In this document: positions 60,964 to 64,000 of the stretch, piece after piece | Position numbering within the stretch: the stretch's first letter is position 1 | How the letters are laid out: the number at the start of each line of letters is the position of its first letter | Position numbers and translations under genes: made by a program | The notes under the pieces: generated by a model | Told to the model about the DNA's origin: nothing | The model's database searches: none | Seen by the model: the letters and a program-made list of their open reading frames with translations, nothing else | Source of the DNA: Acanthaster planci | Taxonomy: Eukaryota | NCBI RefSeq assembly: GCF_001949145.1 | Contig: NW_019091358.1 | Coordinates: forward strand, 2,846,535-2,910,534 | DNA: 64,000 nucleotides | Direction: 5' to 3'

Positions 60964-63900
60964 CGTAGTAATATGGTTTTCAAATGTCAAGATATTTTAC
61001 TTTGTACTTTAATATGATGATTTCCTTTAAACAGAAAAATGAAATAGGGCCTATGGTCATGGAGAAATAAATACAGAAACTCCCTGTTGACCTGATTGGC
61101 GTAAATTTGTTCCCGGGACTGGGGGATGGGGTTATGACTGGAAATTCGAAAAGCTGAGTGGGTGCTGGGCATCACGTGACACTAGGCGGCAGTTATCATG
61201 ATACAGAGTTACATCTAATATGTAAACTTACCGCCTGACGTATTTGATGCTTTTGTAATCTCTCTCCCCTTTTCAGTACTGTTGATTATCGTTGGGAAAT
61301 TAAAAAACACTTCAAACCGCCTTTTCCCCTCACCACAAAAAAGTGAGGGTATGATCCAATATGTCAGCCTCCCCCCCCCCCAAATGGGGGTATGTGTAGC
61401 CCCGTCCTCCACCTCACCCCCGAATTTACGTCCCTGGTTGACCTCTTGCAAGGAGAAATCAGAATTTTGCCTTTTCGCGCTTCTCGTCAATAACTATAGC
61501 TGTACACAATGACCAGTTGATTTCGTCAAACTGCCCCCTCATTGCAATTTCTGTCCGTTTGACGTTTGCGAGATTAGACACTCCAGCTGGTATAACCAAA
61601 CTCTGAAATTAACATTTTGATTGAACAAGTTTTCCAGAAGTGTCGATGGTCCAGAACTGTCCCACAGTTGTAAATCTACAGCCCATGTTAATGAGGCCAT
61701 ATGGGCTTTCTTTTTGGGGAGGAGGCATGGTCTTTAACTCTAACAGTCCTCAATCCTCCGATTCAGTATGATTTTACACACACGCAGGGGGTTAGGGTTA
61801 TTTGTAAACGTCTCAAATCAGTGTCCCATTGTATTTTGATCACGAAATTCACTCTTCTCAAAACTTGTCTATACCTTGACCAGTGGAGGTACGGTGTTCA
61901 ATTCTGTAACTCAGTCTTATCTTTTAAAAACAATCCACTCGTAAATGCTCCTTTGTGTCTCATTCAAACCCCATTTTAACTGATAAGCCACATTCAAGAG
62001 TGTTTTGGTACCCATGGCTTTTATGCCCATACACATTTACAATATACACTCAATCCCACTGGGATACGTACGCCACTAGGACCAACTCAGAACTCGCAAA
62101 TAATATGTGATGTGAAAAGAGCTTCTTCTACATGCATGCATTTTAGCAATGGAGTGTGGGGGTCAAGCCTACTGGAGATCATGGACTGCTAGTAGGGATT
62201 AGTGCATCCCTTCAGGGAAACTTAGCCCCAAAGCCATCAACTACCCTCCTTTTCCCCTTCCCCTTAAAGTGAACTCAGCGAGTTCCTCACTGGCGTTTCC
62301 ATATGAGGAGAGTCTTGGAAATGGAGGAGCATTATAATATAAGTAATTTCCCCGACTTTTTAAAGTGGGGGTATTTATCACTGTTGCCGATTGACAGTTA
62401 CATTTCTAGCACTGTCTGTCAATTCAGGAATGGGTTTGGGCGGTCATAACCAAAGATCGTATAGCGCCGCGGTCACAACCAAGAACTGGATGGAGTCATT
62501 GGTTTATCGCCTGTTTCAGGGTTTAAGGTACGGGCATCATTTATTGCCAGCAAAATCTACCAACGATAAAATAAGCATAGCAATAAGACCCCTAGTAATG
62601 CAGGCACGTTTTGTTTAAGTTCTATTGCTTGCCTTGTGTGATCAGTGGATCGTGGGCCCATTGGAAAGTGGCACGTGCGTACATTGACAATAGACGTCAC
62701 AGAACATAGGCCTGTTCCTGGCAAAGAGCGCTCGGACGTACCTGGTGGGTAATGTATAGCGCCATCAACTGGCGGTAATGTTGCTGGGCAACGGGGTACG
62801 CGTTCCACGAACCGTGCGCGGCGTCGCGTAGCAGGTGTTCTGTGCACCGTAATTGATTGATGTCTCAACCTTGTGCCCTAAACACCCGTGTGGTTATACT
62901 GGAACTGATTGCAGCTTCACCAGTTCATCAGCATTCGCTGAAGATGGTTAGCCGGTTACTGCATGATCTGACACCTTGCGAATCAAAATACACCATTTAT
63001 GCATATATAGTATAACTTGAAGGACACAAAATTTGGCCATGATCAACTGAAAATTATTCCTGTGCAGTGTCTAAAGAAGGACTTCGGGGTGGAAAACAAG
63101 GTAGTCCTTGAGGTAGAGTTCCATATACCCTTGCTCTACGCATATGCAGACGCCACTTTACATCCTGTGCACAAACCCTATGAGACTGTTCTCAAATTGT
63201 GTTTTCTCAGTAAACAACTTTGTATTTTCCCTCCTAAATTGAACTTTTGTGGACATGTTTTTGATTTCTGACGGCTATGAAGTCACTGTAGGGAATAATT
63301 ACTGGCATCCGTATATGAAACTCTTCCCTAGGCCTGGTTAAAAATATTGAAACCTGGAAATTTTCGTTTAGTCGGGTTTATAATTTAATAGCCTTAATTG
63401 TTATGGTTACATACATGTATTGTGTTTTATCAAATCGAACTTGAAAATTTAATACACATATTCGTGTGCGTGCAGTATTTGTTCATCAGACACGCGGTGT
63501 TTCTGGAAACCCTCCTAATTAGCTTAAAGTAAAAATTCTAATGAAACTGGGAAATGAAAGAATCTGCACAATTCTGAATCAAGGCTGACTTAGTTCATGA
63601 CAACTGTCACGGCATGACACTCATGAACTGTTGAGAATTCATGTTTAAATGCTTCAAACTTTGATTTGTTGGTTCCGCAGTTTGTATGTGGGAGAAGCCG
63701 TCGAGGTTGTGTACGTCTATTCTTTCCTCAGACTGTCTGTCTACCAGCTGTTGGAATGTTGTTGTTTACAGTCTTGTGGTTGCCATTCTCTCTGTTTGAA
63801 ATCTGATAAGACATCATCAGAAAAAGCATACCATTACTAAAATCAATTAAACTTGCCATTTTCAACTGTATGGCTGGCTTGCACCTTAGCTGTAATATGA

Positions 63901-64000
63901 TACAGCAGGCACCGAAGCATGGTTAGAAACATTGTATACTGTGCTGTTTTGCTCAGTTGTGATGGTAACAGGTTCAGCTGTACTTTACCCAGTGTTGTTT

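Overview
Eukaryotic, intron-rich DNA from an invertebrate animal; the taxon cannot be fixed from sequence alone. Three spliced genes were reconstructed by hand from GT-AG exons. Two are tandem aquaglyceroporin paralogs on + (copy A 9557-14337, copy B 22903-31234; six coding exons each, identical intron phases, NPS/NPARD motifs). The third is a convergent PRD-class homeobox gene on - (40493-35613) matching homeobrain: octapeptide, Q50 homeodomain and OAR motif. The remaining ~23 kb upstream of hbn has no recognisable gene. It holds homeodomain-site clusters, decayed LINEs (RTE, CR1/L2), non-autonomous DNA transposons, a hammerhead-like motif and a 736-N gap. Three observations stand out. Both aquaglyceroporins lack aromatic residues in the ar/R filter (T/I/A/R and S/I/S/R, plus NPS), resembling plant NIP-II boric-acid channels. 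Copy A has a 1-nt exon-4 frameshift that an in-frame alternative acceptor 8 nt downstream could bypass. A TALE+Otx-type motif module is shared between the hbn promoter and the spacer between the aquaporins. Most entries in the ORF track are spurious. I see no unambiguous new multi-gene system.
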